Shown in pieces: positions 12,493 to 25,480 of a stretch of 64,000 bases of DNA (position 1 is its first letter; each line of letters opens with the position of its first letter). The notes beneath the pieces were generated by a model, which searched no databases, had not been told where the DNA came from, and saw only the letters and a list, made by a program, of their open reading frames with translations. Source of the DNA: Octopus vulgaris (Eukaryota); assembly GCA_951406725.2 (NCBI GenBank), contig OX597815.1, forward strand, positions 4,774,001 to 4,838,000. The letters are read 5' to 3'. Position numbers and translations under genes: made by a program.

Positions 12493-13062
12493 TCACCTAT
12501 TTCCGAATTACATTACTTGGCGGTTGGAGTCATGGCTGCTCTGTCTAGTGGACGAATGGCCTGTTAAGGCCATTCCTAAATTGTTATATATTTACATTTT
12601 AGTCTCATGACTATTTTTCTTTTCCACTGGGCCGCTGGTAGTGATAAATTTCTATCGAATTTTTTACTACCCTAAATTGATTAATTGATTATTTTCTGAC
12701 TAATTCTGAGATTGAATCGGCAGTTTATATTTGCTGCTGATAAGGTTGGCGCGATTGCGCTGGTCTTCGAAAATTTTAAGACAGATATTCCAGAGGCTTC
12801 GATGCAGTAGCCTCGTGTATATTTGCCTCTACCAAAGGTTTCTTTACTGACGAAGCGTGACCTATGGTAGATTAGCTTAATTTAATTTAATTAAGCTGGT
12901 CTATCATTAAAAACGCAGAAACGATGCATCGTCTAAAAGATGAATTAGGGTAAACGTTTTTAATTTTTCACCTATTTCTGAATGACATTACTTGGCGGTT
13001 GGAGTTATGGCTGCTCTGTCTAGTGGACGAATGGCCTGTTAAGGCCATTCCTAAATTGTTAT
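12493..13062 (+). mobile_element. Penelope pLTR/retrozyme-like partial tandem (475-nt unit plus 95-nt direct repeat)
   Basis: 12493-12587 is repeated at 12968-13062; flanked on both sides by (TA)n; contains a hammerhead motif. Confidence 0.75.
12841..12940 (+). ncRNA. Type I hammerhead ribozyme motif (GUC cleavage triplet, long helix II)
   Basis: TCTTTA-CTGACGA-A-GCGT[long hairpin]ACGC-A-GAAA-CGATGCATCG-TC-TAAAAGA. Helix III is the palindrome ACGATGCATCGT; predicted cut after 12933. Confidence 0.7.
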
Positions 13063-13494
13063 GTATATATATATATATATATATATATAAAAGCAATAAA
13101 GATTCAAGTTAATTTAAATGAATTTACTTGAATATGGTACCTAACTTAGATGCACCAAAAAAAACTATACTGTTTTAACAATACAGTAATGTGGGGTGAT
13201 TATAAGCGAGAAAGAAGCAACAAGAATGGATAATATATATATGTATATATGTGTGTGTGTGTATCCTTGCCTAGAGATCATGTGATGGTTGTAAATGTAC
13301 ATCATCTTCATACAAGCAATGTCATTTGTTTCCATGAAAAATGAGTCTGGCCAATGGGGAAATATCACCTTACTTGGAAACAGGTAAAGGTTGGCAAGGT
13401 GGAGGGGGGTGGGCATCTGGGGCATAGAAAGTTTGCCCCAACAAATTCCATCTAACTCATACAGTGGACGTTACATGACGATATATATATATAT

Positions 13495-13994
<500 letters not shown>

Positions 13995-14924
13995 TTTGAT
14001 TCTTATATATATTTATATGATGTTTATATATTTATATATTACTATATTTTTAAACGTCGGACTTTATATCTGTTCTGTAGATATAAATGAATATATGTTG
14101 ATCTTTCTGTGGATTTTGTAGTGTTCCTTTAGTTGCTGCTCACATTGCCTCCCCTCGGATTAAAAAGTGTATATATATATATATATATATACATACATAC
14201 ATAAAGTCAAGGGTACATAACATCTTGGCGTGAAATTGTGTTTGACCCGCTGGCTGTGACTGATGAAGAGTTGGTGACCTGCGTCTGTTTTCCATTTGTT
14301 TGTACGTTTATTACATGCTTTCTACCTTGTGTATGTGTGTATATGTATATATATATACATGCATATATGGGCACAGGACATCACCAACAGTAAACAACAT
14401 GAAATACGAAAGCAAATGAATTCAATATGCAAACGAGAGAAACATATGGAAAACAGGACAAGTAATATAAAGAATGACCCTTCATCAGTTGTCCACTGAG
14501 TCTATCTACTCTTCATTTCGAGCATTCAACGACAATATGAGTCTTCAAAGACAGATGCTCCAATAAATGCCAAAATAAAATTTGGGATTTATGGAGGGTC
14601 AAAGTCGGGAACAAAAACAGTGCAATGGTGACATACAAGGAAACCGAAGGAAAGCAAACATGGAGGGTCGTTAGACCAGAACGAGGGTAAAATAGCGAAT
14701 ACTGGAGAAATATTTTCTTTGATCAAACGCCAGAATGTAAGTGAGTAAGACAAATGAAAAAATACAAAATCTTTATATTTTGTATCTTTTCATTTGTCTT
14801 GCTTGCTTACGTTCTGGTGTTTGCTAAATTTTCTTGAGGACATTCCTTTCTTTGTGGTAAGATCATAGCGGATCTACTTCTAGCATAATGGATGTCCACT
14901 TAGTGGTCATCCCTCTTATATGTA

Positions 14925-14957
<33 letters not shown>

Positions 14958-15288
14958 GTGACCTCGTGAGTACAGCTGGCGATTTTTTTCCTCTGTCTTC
15001 CCTTCTCTGGATCTTTCCTTCTCCTATGTTTCCGACGAAGAGTTCCGCTCAGAGCGTCCAATAATACTTTATTTGTTCCACGTCCTCGCGTTGTTGTGTT
15101 TTTTTTGTGTTTTCTTGTTTGGATTAACTTTATATGTATATATTTAAGTAGTTGAATGAATTATCCTAGTATGGATAATTCGGTTAACCAATACCTGGGT
15201 AGCAAATTCACGTCAGAAAAACACGGTTGAAGCTACATGCCAAGGGCAGAGATCACGTGCTTTCGTGTGGAAATTTGTGTGTTTTTTA

Positions 15289-15385
15289 ATACAAATAAAT
15301 GAAAAAATGGAGTTGAACGACGATTTAACAAAAGGAATTTTGTTAAATTTGTTGTTCAACTCCATTCTTTCATTTATTTGTATAT
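15289..15385. repeat. Imperfect palindrome (~46-bp arms, 4-nt loop) next to (TA)n
   Basis: ATACAAATAAATGAAAAAATGGAGTTGAAC..TTTAACAAAA-GGAA-TTTTGTTAAA..GTTCAACTCCATTCTTTCATTTATTTGTAT. Confidence 0.8.
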
Positions 15386-15386
15386 C

Positions 15387-15422
<36 letters not shown>

Positions 15423-17544
15423 AAGGTTTTGAGTTTTCCTGTTTGAATTACCAAAATCTTTGTGTGTGTGTATGTGTATGATAGCGAATGATGATAACCC
15501 TTAGCCTGTCTATCTCTCTTTTTTCTCTGTTTGAGAAAGAGGGAGCAAAGAGGAAGAAAGAAATAGTCTATTTATAGGCAGATAAGGAAGGGCATGTTCA
15601 AGATAAGTGATATCTATATTTGTCTGTTTCATAAGACAAGGCATGAGATGGCGACAGAAATAACTTTTATGAGGAAAGGCAAGGACAGACAAAAAAAAAA
15701 AATTATCATTCAGTTTTATGGTAAAAATAGGAAAATAGATAATTTATAGGCACAGGTGTGACTGTGTTAAGTAGCTTGCTTACGAACCACATGGTTCTGA
15801 GTTCAGTCTCACTGCGTGGCACCTTGGGCAATTGTCTTCTACTATAGCCTCAGGCTGACCAAAGCCTTTCAAGTGGATTTGGTAGATGGAAATTGAAAGA
15901 AGCCTGTTGAATATATGTATACCTATGTGTGTGTGTGTGTGTTTTCCCCCTTCCCCTTCTTAACAACCGGTGTTGGTATATTTATGTCCCTGTAACTTAG
16001 CAGTTTGGCAAAAGAGACTTGTTAAAAAAAAAGTCTTGGGGTCAATTTGTTTGACTAAAACCCTTCAAAAGTGGTGCCCCAACTTAGCCCCAACCAAATG
16101 AGTGAATCAAGTAAAAGATACAAGTTGAAATGTATAAAATATAAGGATAAAATCCATTTCAAGAATTTATCAAAAAGCCAGCGTGAAAAACCATTCCTAT
16201 ATATATATATATTTTGTTAGTCTTTTACTAGTTGCAGCCATTTGACAGCAGCCATGCTGGAGCACTGACTTTAGTTGAACAGTTGAGCAAAATAGAATGA
16301 TAGAACAAGTGGCAGGCTGAAAAACAAAACAATTCATTTGATTAAAATTCTTCAAAGCCATGCCCCAGCATGGCCACAGTCTAGGGACTGAAACAAGTAA
16401 ATGATGAATAACTCCCCCCCCCCCATGAATGCAAATATTTAAGGGGTAACTTTAGGGTGGGGGAAACTAAGGTGCTGTGAGTATCTAATGCTTAGACGCC
16501 CTGGATTAGCAGTGTGGTAAGGAGTTTGGTTTCCAACCACAAGGTGCCAGGTTCAATCCCACTGCATGCCACCTTGGGCAAGTGTCTTCTATTATAGCTT
16601 CAGGCCAACTGAAACCAAGTGTTGTGAGTAGATTTGGTAGATGGAAACTCAAAGAAGCCCGTCACATATATGTAATGTCGATGTGTGTTCAACTGCAATT
16701 CAGCAAAACAAAATGGTAGAATATGTATCAGGCTTAAAGAGAAAATAAGCACCAAGGTTGATTTGTTCAAGTAAACCCTTCAAGGTGGTGCCCCAGCGTG
16801 GCCACAGTCTAATTCCTGAAACAAGATTCATCATCATCATCATCAGCATCATTTAACCCATGCTGGCATGGGTTGGACATTTTGACTGGGCTGTCATGCT
16901 GGAAGGCTGCACTAGACTCCAGTCTGATTTGGCAGAGTTTTCTACAGCTGGATGCCCTTCCTAATGCCAACCACTTCACAGAGTGTAGTGGAGGCTATTA
17001 CATGCCACCAGCATGGGTGCCATTTGTGTGACACCAATATTTCTCACAACAATGATTTTGCTCAGCTTGATGGGTCTTCTTCTCAAGCACAACACAAGGT
17101 CAAAGGTCTTGGTCATTGCCTCCATGAGGCCCAACACTCAAAAGGAACTGAACTGTTTCAATTATATAGATTTATGTATGTATATACAAACTTTAGGTTA
17201 ATTAAAATATGTTTGTGACAAATTCCAACTCCTAAAGTCAAATTCACTGCATTTACCACGAAGGAGAGATTCTCTCTTATGGCAGAAAGTATCAAAACAC
17301 CACATCTGCTCAGTGCTTCCTTCCAGCGACTTCTCAGAGGCAGGTTTCTGGCTCTTTAGCCTCCTCCTTCAATTGGAAATCTGATGAATGGTAACTTTGG
17401 CCAAAGCAGTCAACATCAAGTGACTGAGTTGCACTAGTGGACCCCCACCCTTGCTAACCAGAATTGAACAGCAGCGCCGAGCAGGGATTAGAACTAACCA
17501 AAATTTCTTTTATTCCTAATCACTGCTTGGCACTGATCTGCTGC

Positions 17545-17999
17545 CCTGGGTCAAGAGGGTGGCTGCTGGAAGACCCTATGTCTGGCAAAAGGACTCTGCA
17601 CCATGCCATACAAGCAGGAGAACCAGCCATGGCTGTCAAGACAATTTCTGTGACCACATCACCCCTAACATCTGGCCACCTAACTTCCCAGACTGCAACC
17701 TGCTTGAATATTATGTGTGGGGCACATTTGAGCGAGAGACCAAAAATGAACTGAAGGCAAGGATTATGGCAGAATTGACCAACTTAAACAAGGAGACCAT
17801 CCAGAATAGTTGCAGGAGATTCCAAAGTCATCTGGAGTCTGCGGTTGAAGCCAATGGCGATTTTATTGAATAAATTTACTCTTTAGTATTTCAAGATATT
17901 TTTATGTAATTTCGGTAAATATATCTGTTAAACTGAGATGTCAGTGTTATTTTCATTTTTGCATAATTTAGACAACAGTTTATTCACTGTACCCTATAT
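17545..17999 (+). mobile_element. Tc1/mariner-superfamily transposase C-terminal fragment with 3' TIR
   Basis: YVWQKDSAPCH...WPPNFPDCNLLEYYVWG...FQSHLESAVEANGDFIE* (second and third catalytic-residue motifs). Ends in TIR-like ..TTTATTCACTGTACCCTATA. Confidence 0.85.
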
Positions 18000-18106
18000 A
18001 CATACATACATATATAGTTAATCCAAACAAGAGAGCACAAAAAAACACAACAACGCGAGGACGTGGAACAAATATAGTATTATTGGACGCTCAGGAAAGA
18101 AGGAGG

Positions 18107-18141
18107 GTTTAACGTTTCGAGCGGAACTCTTCGTCAGAAAC
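18107..18141 (-). ncRNA. Minimal (short stem III) type I hammerhead motif in a short repeat (18015-18212)
   Basis: GTTT-CTGACGA-A-GAG(TTCCG)CTC-GAAA-CGTT-AAAC with palindromic AACGTT. A second family copy at about 14958-15135 (+) has a mutated core and lacks GAAA. Confidence 0.7.
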
Positions 18142-18862
18142 ATAGGAAAAGGAAAGATCCAGAGAAGGGAAGACAGAGGAAAAAAAATCGCCAACGGTAC
18201 ATGCGAGGTCATAACAAATGGTGAGGAATTATCAATCTGGGGGAAATACTTCTTAAGATCTCTGTTTGCCCACCAGGCTAACAATATTGTTTAGATTAGT
18301 GAAGAACTTCAAATATTCCTAAGGCCAGGTCTGAGGTTACGGTTCATCATTAAGGTTAGTCATCATCATCATTCAATGTCCATTTTCCATGCTGACATGA
18401 ACTGGATGGTTTGACAGGAGCTGGGGAGCTGCACTAGGTTCCCATTGTCCATCTTGGCATGGTTTCTCCAGTTGGATGCTCTTCGTAATGCCGACCACCT
18501 TACAGAGTGGACTGGTCAGTGATGCAATAAATTAGCTTTGACTGGTCACACAAGTAACATGACAGCAATAGTGATCTGTACATCATCATCATTTGATGTC
18601 CTCCTTCCAAGCTGGCATAGGTCAAATGGTTTGCATATGCCCGAGAACCAGGAGTGACTAATCAAACAAAAGCAGCAGCTAAAGAGACTCTCTTGTTGAC
18701 CATTTCAATAGCAAATGGCAGTGACCTCAATATCACGGCTGATGGCCTTTAATGGAGATGTTGAATAACAACCTCAGAGGTTATCCAAGGACATTCGGAC
18801 ACTATGGTTGAGAAACATGAAATAAAGAGTGACCAAAGATCTTGGAGTTCTGTGATGCAAAT

Positions 18863-19128
18863 CAGTGGTTTCCAAAGTGGGCAGTACTGCCCCGCCTTGG
18901 GGACAGTGGAAATATCCAGAGAGACACTGAAGAAATGTGAGGTGATAATGGGGTGATAGATGTAAAAAAAATATAATTATCAAGAGGTTAATTAGGTTCA
19001 AGTTTTATTTGTGAAATAAAGTTGTTTTGAATTTGCTGCCGAAAGTGGTTTATATTTGTGGTGGGGAGGGCGAGGGCGAGGGGTGGGGGCCAAGTGGGTG
19101 GCAGCCTGAAAAAGTTTGAGAATTACTG
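18863..19128. mobile_element. hAT (Charlie-like) MITE remnant
   Basis: Ends CAGTGGTTTCCAAAGT and AAGTTTGAGAATTACTG form an imperfect TIR of the CAGTGGTTCTCAAAC type; no clear TSD. Confidence 0.5.
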
Positions 19129-19700
19129 AAAATGATTTAACTTCAGGAAAGCAGCCGGTCACCTGACCAGCTCATGTAAACATACAAGCCTGGAAGACTC
19201 GATACTCAATGGCAAACAAGATAGACAGATACAAAATGTCATAACTTTGAGTGTTGGCTCTAAATTCTATAGAAAAATCTGTAGAGATAAAACTTTAAAT
19301 GAAAGCAACACACTCATTATCATCATCATCATCATCATTGGTTAACGTCTGCTTTCCATGCTGGCATGGGTTGGACGGTTTGACTGAGGACTGGCAAGTC
19401 AGAAGGCTGCACCAGGCTCCAATCTGATCCAGCAAGGTTTCTACAGCTGGATGCCCTTCCTAACGCCAACCACTCTGACAGTGTAGTGGGTACTATTTTC
19501 GTGTCACTGGCACAGGGGCCAATTAAACAGCACTGATGATGGAGGAGGCTGGCGGACATAAAACTGTATAAACCTACAAGCTGGCTTTCCACTGCAATTG
19601 GTTGAAGAAAAACTAAGAGTGGAAGGTTTTTACCCATTGCTTACTGTTCGAATAACCAGCAGCACATTGAGGAAAGGTCTCGCTAAATAAAACATAATTT

Positions 19701-20278
19701 TACAGTTCTATATTTAATTATGTACATTATTTACATTTGACGGAGATTTGTCCTCATTTTGTTTGTTGTCAACACAACGTTTCGGCTGATATACCCTCCA
19801 GCCTTCACCAGGTGTCTTGGGGAAATTTCGAACCTGGGTTCTCATCCCTAAGGTATTTTTTGAGGTTATTCTTTTTTTTTTCTTTTTCTTTTTACTTGTT
19901 TCAGTCATTTTGACTGCGGCCATGCTGGAGCACCGCCTTTAATCGAGCAACTCGACCCCGGGACTTATTCTTTGTAAGCCTAGTACTTATTCTATCGGTC
20001 TCTTTTCTTGAACCGCTAAGCGATGGGGACATAAACACACCAGCATCGGTTGTCAAGCAATGCTAGGGGGACAAACACAGACACACAAACATATATATAT
20101 ATATATACATATATATGACGGGCTTCTTTCAGTTTCTCTCTACCAAATCCACTCACAAGGCTTTGGTTGGCCCGAGGCTATAGTAGAAGACACTTGCCCA
20201 AGGTGCCACGCAGTGGGACTGAACCCGGAACCATGTGGTTGGTAAACAAGCTACTTACCACACAGCCACTCCTGCGCC

Positions 20279-20312
<34 letters not shown>

Positions 20313-20624
20313 GGTGGCGAGCTTGGCAGAAACATTAGCACGCCGGGCGAAATGCTTAGCGGATTTCGTTTATCTTTACATTCTGAGTTCAAATTCCGCT
20401 GAGATCATCTTGGCCTTTCATCCTTTTGGAGTCGATAAATAAAGTACCAGTTGCATACTGGGGTCGATCTAATCGACTCACCCCATCCCCCCAAAATTTT
20501 GGGTCTAGTGCCCTAGGGTAGAAAAGATTATTATTATTATTATTATTATCATTATTGAGGTCACTCGGAATCTTGGGGTTAGTAGCCCGTGCTCTTAACC
20601 ACTACGCCATATGCCCGTGGGCAT
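19701..20624 (-). mobile_element. Family T element split by nested family A and family B SINEs
   Basis: 3' part 19701-19870 (HHR 19771-19816, core mutated to CTGGTGA). The tRNA-like head resumes at about 20555-20624 (GGGCATATGGCGTAGTGGTTAAGAGCACGGGCTACTAACCCCAAG). Confidence 0.75.
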
Positions 20625-21789
20625 CTTATCTTATTACTTATCTCAGTCTCATGCCCTGCTTGACAACCAGTGTTGGTGTGGTTACGTCCTAAAACAAAGT
20701 ACTGGGGTTGATTTATTTGACTAAAAATTCTTTGAGATGGTGCTTCAGCATGGCATGGCTGCAATCTATTGGAGACACACACAAACACATGCGATGGGCT
20801 TCTCTCAGTTTTCCTCTAAACGCTCTCATAAGAGTTTACCAAAGCCTAAGGTTATAGTAAAAGACACTTGCTCAGGGTCTCATGTAGAGGTACTTAACAT
20901 AAAATCTGGAGTACTAAGTTATGTCCATGTTCTTTCTCTTATATATATATATACAACATACTAATAAATATCTGTAAATATAAAACCATCCTGATTTCTG
21001 AGTACCTCTTTTCTTCTAATATCTATCTATCTATCTATATATCATCATCATCATCATCATCGTTTAGCGTCCGTTTTCCATGCTAGCATGGGTTGGACGG
21101 TTCTACTGGGGTCTGTGAAGCCAGAAGGCTTCATCAGGCCCAGTCAAATCTGGCAGTGTTTCTACGGCTGGATGCCCTTCCTAACGCCAACCACTCCGTG
21201 AGTGTAGTGGGTGCTTTTTACGTGCCACCCGCACTGGTGCCAGACAGAGCTGGCAAACGGCCACGAACGGATGGTGCTTTTTATGTGCCACCGGCCGAGG
21301 CCAGGCGAGGCTGGCAACGGACACGAAACGGGGCGGTGCTGGCAACGGTCGCGAAACGGAAAGTTCTCTTACATGCCACCGGCACTGGTAACACATCTGC
21401 AATTTCCATTGATCGATTTCCATTGATCGATTTCGATTCTGATTCTCACTTGCCTCAACGGGTCTTCACAAGCAGAGTTTTGACATGCCACCGGCACTGG
21501 TAGCACATCCGCAATTTCCATTGATCGATTTCGATTCTGATCCTCACTTGCCTCAACACGTCTTCACAAGTAGAGTTTTGTGTCCCAAGAAGGGAAGGTA
21601 TGCATACGTAGGCCGGCTCCATCCCATGTAGAAGGCCATGGGTTATGGACTCACTTGTCCTGCTGGGTCTTCTCGCGCACAGCACACTTCCAGAGGTCTC
21701 GGTCTCTAGTCATTTCCTCAGTGAGACCTACATATATATATATATGTGTGTGGGGGGGTGTAGAAGGTTGAAAAGGAACACATGAGTTG

Positions 21790-23356
21790 ATGTATATATG
21801 GGAAAAAATGTCAAGGTAGAAAATGCTAAAATAATTTTATAAAAAACATTTCAGTACCGGTTTCGGTCATTGAGACTTTTTCAACTCTAAGTATGGAAGA
21901 CAATTGAATTTTAGAAAAATTAAATGAAAAGTTTTTTTAAAAGAATATTTGCATAGTGTTTGAATACAAGGAGCATTTTCCTTGTTTCTGCCTGTCTCTG
22001 TATCTCTTGTTTACTCTTGTGGGTTCAAGCTTGTTGTGAATTCTTGGCAGGGAAGAAGAAAGAGAAGGAGAAGAAGAAGAAGGAGGAGAAGAAGAAGGAG
22101 GAGAAGAAGAAGGAGGAGGAGGAGAAGAAGAATGTGTGAGTGCCATGATAGTAGTAGAATGTTAAATGTTCAAGTGCCCTGAAAGTGACTTGTGGATGGT
22201 AGTAGCGATTGAATTCTTGAGATATCTCTTTTGAATGTATTGTTTATAATATTTGCATAGTTGTTATTCTAAACAGCAATAGTGGTTAGGAAGGCGGTGG
22301 CGGAGAGGAAGAAGACGAAGAAGAAGCAGGAGAAAGACAAGGGAAAATAAGAAAGGAATGTAGGTGGTATGATAGTAGTAGGATGTTAAATGGTCAAGTA
22401 ACGTAAAAGTGGTTTGTTGTGGATTATAGCAGTGATTGGGACTTTTGGTTGTTATGAATTCTTGTGTACCTCTTGAATGCATCATTTAAAATTTTTGTGT
22501 GTGTGTTTATGTTATTCTAAGACTGTGGTGGATATGTCTGTTGTAGATGCGTTCAAAAGGGGTCTTTATTTTGTAATAAAGAGAGTATCTTTACTAATTC
22601 GTTGGCTCAAGGTTGTATCGTCCCTGAATTGGTAGAGAGGAAAAATTCTGAAGCTTGGATTTTTGTTATTGGCGCAAATGTTGATGTGTTGGCTGAATGC
22701 TATTTTGCTGTTTTGGGGAATTTTGATCTGGGATCTGTGTAGAGCCATTCTTTTACGTAGACTGTTTTTTGTTTGGCCTATGTATTGCTCATGACACCCA
22801 GAAAAGGTTGTGCGTGTATCAGGTTCTCTGAAGCACATGTGAAGCTGTTTTTCCCTGTGAAACATTGTCCCTGTTTGAAGGAGAACTCTGATCCCTCAAT
22901 TAAAATGCAGAAGAGCCACAGTTGGGTCTTCTGCATTTTTTTACTGATGGCTTCTGTGTTGTTATTGAGTATATTCAAGCTTGTATTAGGAGACTTTTCA
23001 GAGTTTTGAGTTGTCTCTTGTTTTTTATGATGGTGTGTGTTTGGTGGGTTAAGTTCATTCTGTGGTCCTTTTTTAGCAGGGGATGTTTTGGGGATGGTGT
23101 CGAAGGCTACATTGTTGAGAGAGTTGTGTGTGGAGATGTATGGTAAGGCTTTTGGTTGTAAATCTTTCTTTAATTTGGGATGTCTGAGTTCATGGATGTT
23201 GAAAGCATATGTCAATTAGTGAAGGTGGGTAGTTCCTGGTGATGAGTGTATCTTTAAGTTCATGTAGTTATGTGTCTCTGCTATTTGCATTAGAAACTAT
23301 AGTAGATATCCTTTTTGCTAGGTTGAAGGGGATATTCATTCTGGTGTGTCTGGGGT

Positions 23357-23360
<4 letters not shown>
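21790..23360 (-). mobile_element. Penelope-like element 3' fragment: RT C-terminus/linker, GIY-YIG endonuclease, pLTR with hammerhead
   Basis: CHPRHTRMNIPFNLAKRISTIVSN..NYPPSLID (23360-23210); GCHEQYIGQTKNSLRKRMALHRSQIK..FSQH (22810-22680). Frameshifted. Terminal segment 21790-22018 recurs at 32025-32242. Confidence 0.9.
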
Positions 23361-23392
<32 letters not shown>

Positions 23393-23469
23393 TAATAATG
23401 ATGATATGACAACAAAAGAATGAATGAGACCTCGATATTATGAAAAATAGAGGAATTTATCTATAAATA

Positions 23470-23606
23470 CAATATGTGACAATTAGATGGTTGTCATAAT
23501 AAAACTCAGTTTCTCTTAATAACTGATGAGATGCTGGAGCAGACTTCAGTCCCAGCATCCAAAACTCCGAGTTTTATTATGACAACCAACTAATTGTCAC
23601 ATATTA
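23470..23606 (+). repeat. Inverted repeat enclosing a decayed hammerhead (23518-23578)
   Basis: AATAA-CTGATGA-GATGCTGG..CCAGCATC-C-AAAA-CTCCGAG-TT-TTATT (G12 to A at a CpG). Arms ATATGTGACAATTAG..AAAACTC and GAGTTTT..TGTCACATAT. Confidence 0.6.
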
Positions 23607-24206
23607 TATATATATATTTGGTTTGCAAGATTCTACATGTGAGTTTGTATGTTGAAGCATATTCTGTTGTGTCTGGGGAGAGCAGTTCTCTTTTAGTGCC
23701 TTATAATTTAACACACTTTTCAATAGTTTTTTTAATAGTCGTTGACTATTGAAAAGTGTGTTAGATAATAAGGCACTAAAAGGTTGCAAGACACAATGAA
23801 AATTTTAGGAAAAATAAAGAAATGAATGAGTGGAAACTTTACCAGTGAGTGTGTCAAATAATAAGACACTAAAAGAGAATGACTCTCCCCAGATACAACA
23901 ATAAACAAATATATATATATATATCATCATCATCGTTTAACATCTGTTTTCCATGCTAGCATGGGTTGGATGGTTCGACCGGGGTCTGGGAAACCAGAAG
24001 GCTGCACCAGGCCCAGTCTGATTTGGCAGTGTTTCTACAGCTGGATGCCCTTCCTAACGCCAACCACTCCGTCAGTGTAGTGGGTGCTTTTTACGTGCCA
24101 GACGAGGCTGGCAAATATATATATATATAAATAAAAAGGGGCAGGCAACAGGTTGCTTAGCCACATACCAAAAAAAGACTGTTTATTTCTATTTTCTACA
24201 AATAAG

Positions 24207-24260
24207 TTATGTTGATAAAGGATATGAATTTATAATTCTAATCCAGAAACACGTCCGTAA
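24207..24260 (+). ncRNA. Type I hammerhead motif with U3-A8 core, inside inverted repeat 24127-24440
   Basis: TTATG-TTGATAA-A-GGAT..ATCC-A-GAAA-CACG-TC-CGTAA. Helices I and II pair; GUC triplet. Confidence 0.65.
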
Positions 24261-24611
24261 ATAACCCTAGACTTTGTTTTCGTTATTTTTTCCTTCTGTT
24301 TTACATATGTGAATTACATGAATATGTTATATGTGGAGTCTTATTTAAGAAAATAGAAATAAACAGTCTTTGACTGCTATTTCTAATTTTTTCGGTATGT
24401 GGTTAAGCAACCAGTTGCCTGCCCCCTTTTTATTTATATACAAATATATATATAGAATGTTTTTTTAAAAAAGTTCCTACCGATAATGGTTATATTAACA
24501 TACTGAAATCTACCCGAAAATAATTGTTGGTTTTTTTTAAAACTATTAATTATTTACCCTTATATTATTAATAATGGAATATATACATATATATATATAT
24601 ATATGTATATG

Positions 24612-24853
24612 TTGTTATATTTCGGAATGGTCATTTTGCCAGTTTAGCCAATAAAAACACACGCACTATATATTTGGTGTTACTTTGCTTCAGTGTTATT
24701 TATTTTTTACATTAATCTTAATCTTATTTCGGCCGAAATAAGATTAAGATTAATGTAAAAAATAAATAACACTGAAGCAAAATAACACCAAATATATAGT
24801 GCGTGTGTTTTTATTGGCTAAACTGGCAAAATGACCATTCCGAAATATAACAA
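24612..24853. repeat. 242-bp spacerless palindrome
   Basis: 121-bp arms centred on TTTCGG/CCGAAA (24732/24733), with one visible mismatch; adjacent to (TA)n. Confidence 0.95.
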
Positions 24854-25066
24854 TATCTGTTTCAACACACGACTTCACATAAAAAATCTTGCACAACAAA
24901 TATATATATATATATGAGAAAAGAACATGGGCATGACATAGATACAGATAGTCTGTGTGACAATCCAGATACAGATAATCTGTCTGTACAAGCAGCAGTT
25001 GGAGTTTAAAGCGATTAACATTAAAGCTGGAACCCATGTGGTTTGTCATGCGCATCCAATCATGCC

Positions 25067-25098
<32 letters not shown>

Positions 25099-25317
25099 TG
25101 TTTATTATTGTGTCTAGACATGCTCATATATATTTCTTTATTACCCACAAGGGGCTAAACATAGAGGGGACAAACAAGGACAGACAAACGGATTAAATCA
25201 ATTACATCGACCCCAGTGCGTAACTGGTACTTTATTTATTGACCCCGAAAGGATGAAAGGCAAAGTCGACCTCGGTGGAATTTGAACTCAGAACGTAACG
25301 ACAGATGAAATACCATA

Positions 25318-25480
25318 TTTAAATGATAAACTTCTGGAAAGTTTTACAGATTTTTACAGTTCCATTGATAGTCTTTGAATCAGCTTTCTCCTTTCTGGTT
25401 TTGAGAAGTCTAATTTCTCAAGACTGGTATTTAGGCAATGTGGTACATATCCCAGGGCCCCAATAATTACAGGTATAATG
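25318..25480 (-). mobile_element. R4/Dong-like (RLE) non-LTR element C-terminal remnant
   Basis: IIPVIIGALGYVPHCLNTSLEKL on the minus strand. Related remnant at about 47370-47545 (+) ending QSVSGTVKICKTFL. Confidence 0.55.

Noticed and set aside
14480-14560. Additional hammerhead-like strings (TTGAAGA..GAAA, CTGATGA) on the minus strand, and CTGACGT..GAAA at ~46868
   Set aside because: Core mismatched and helices II/III cannot be formed convincingly; at most decayed relics.
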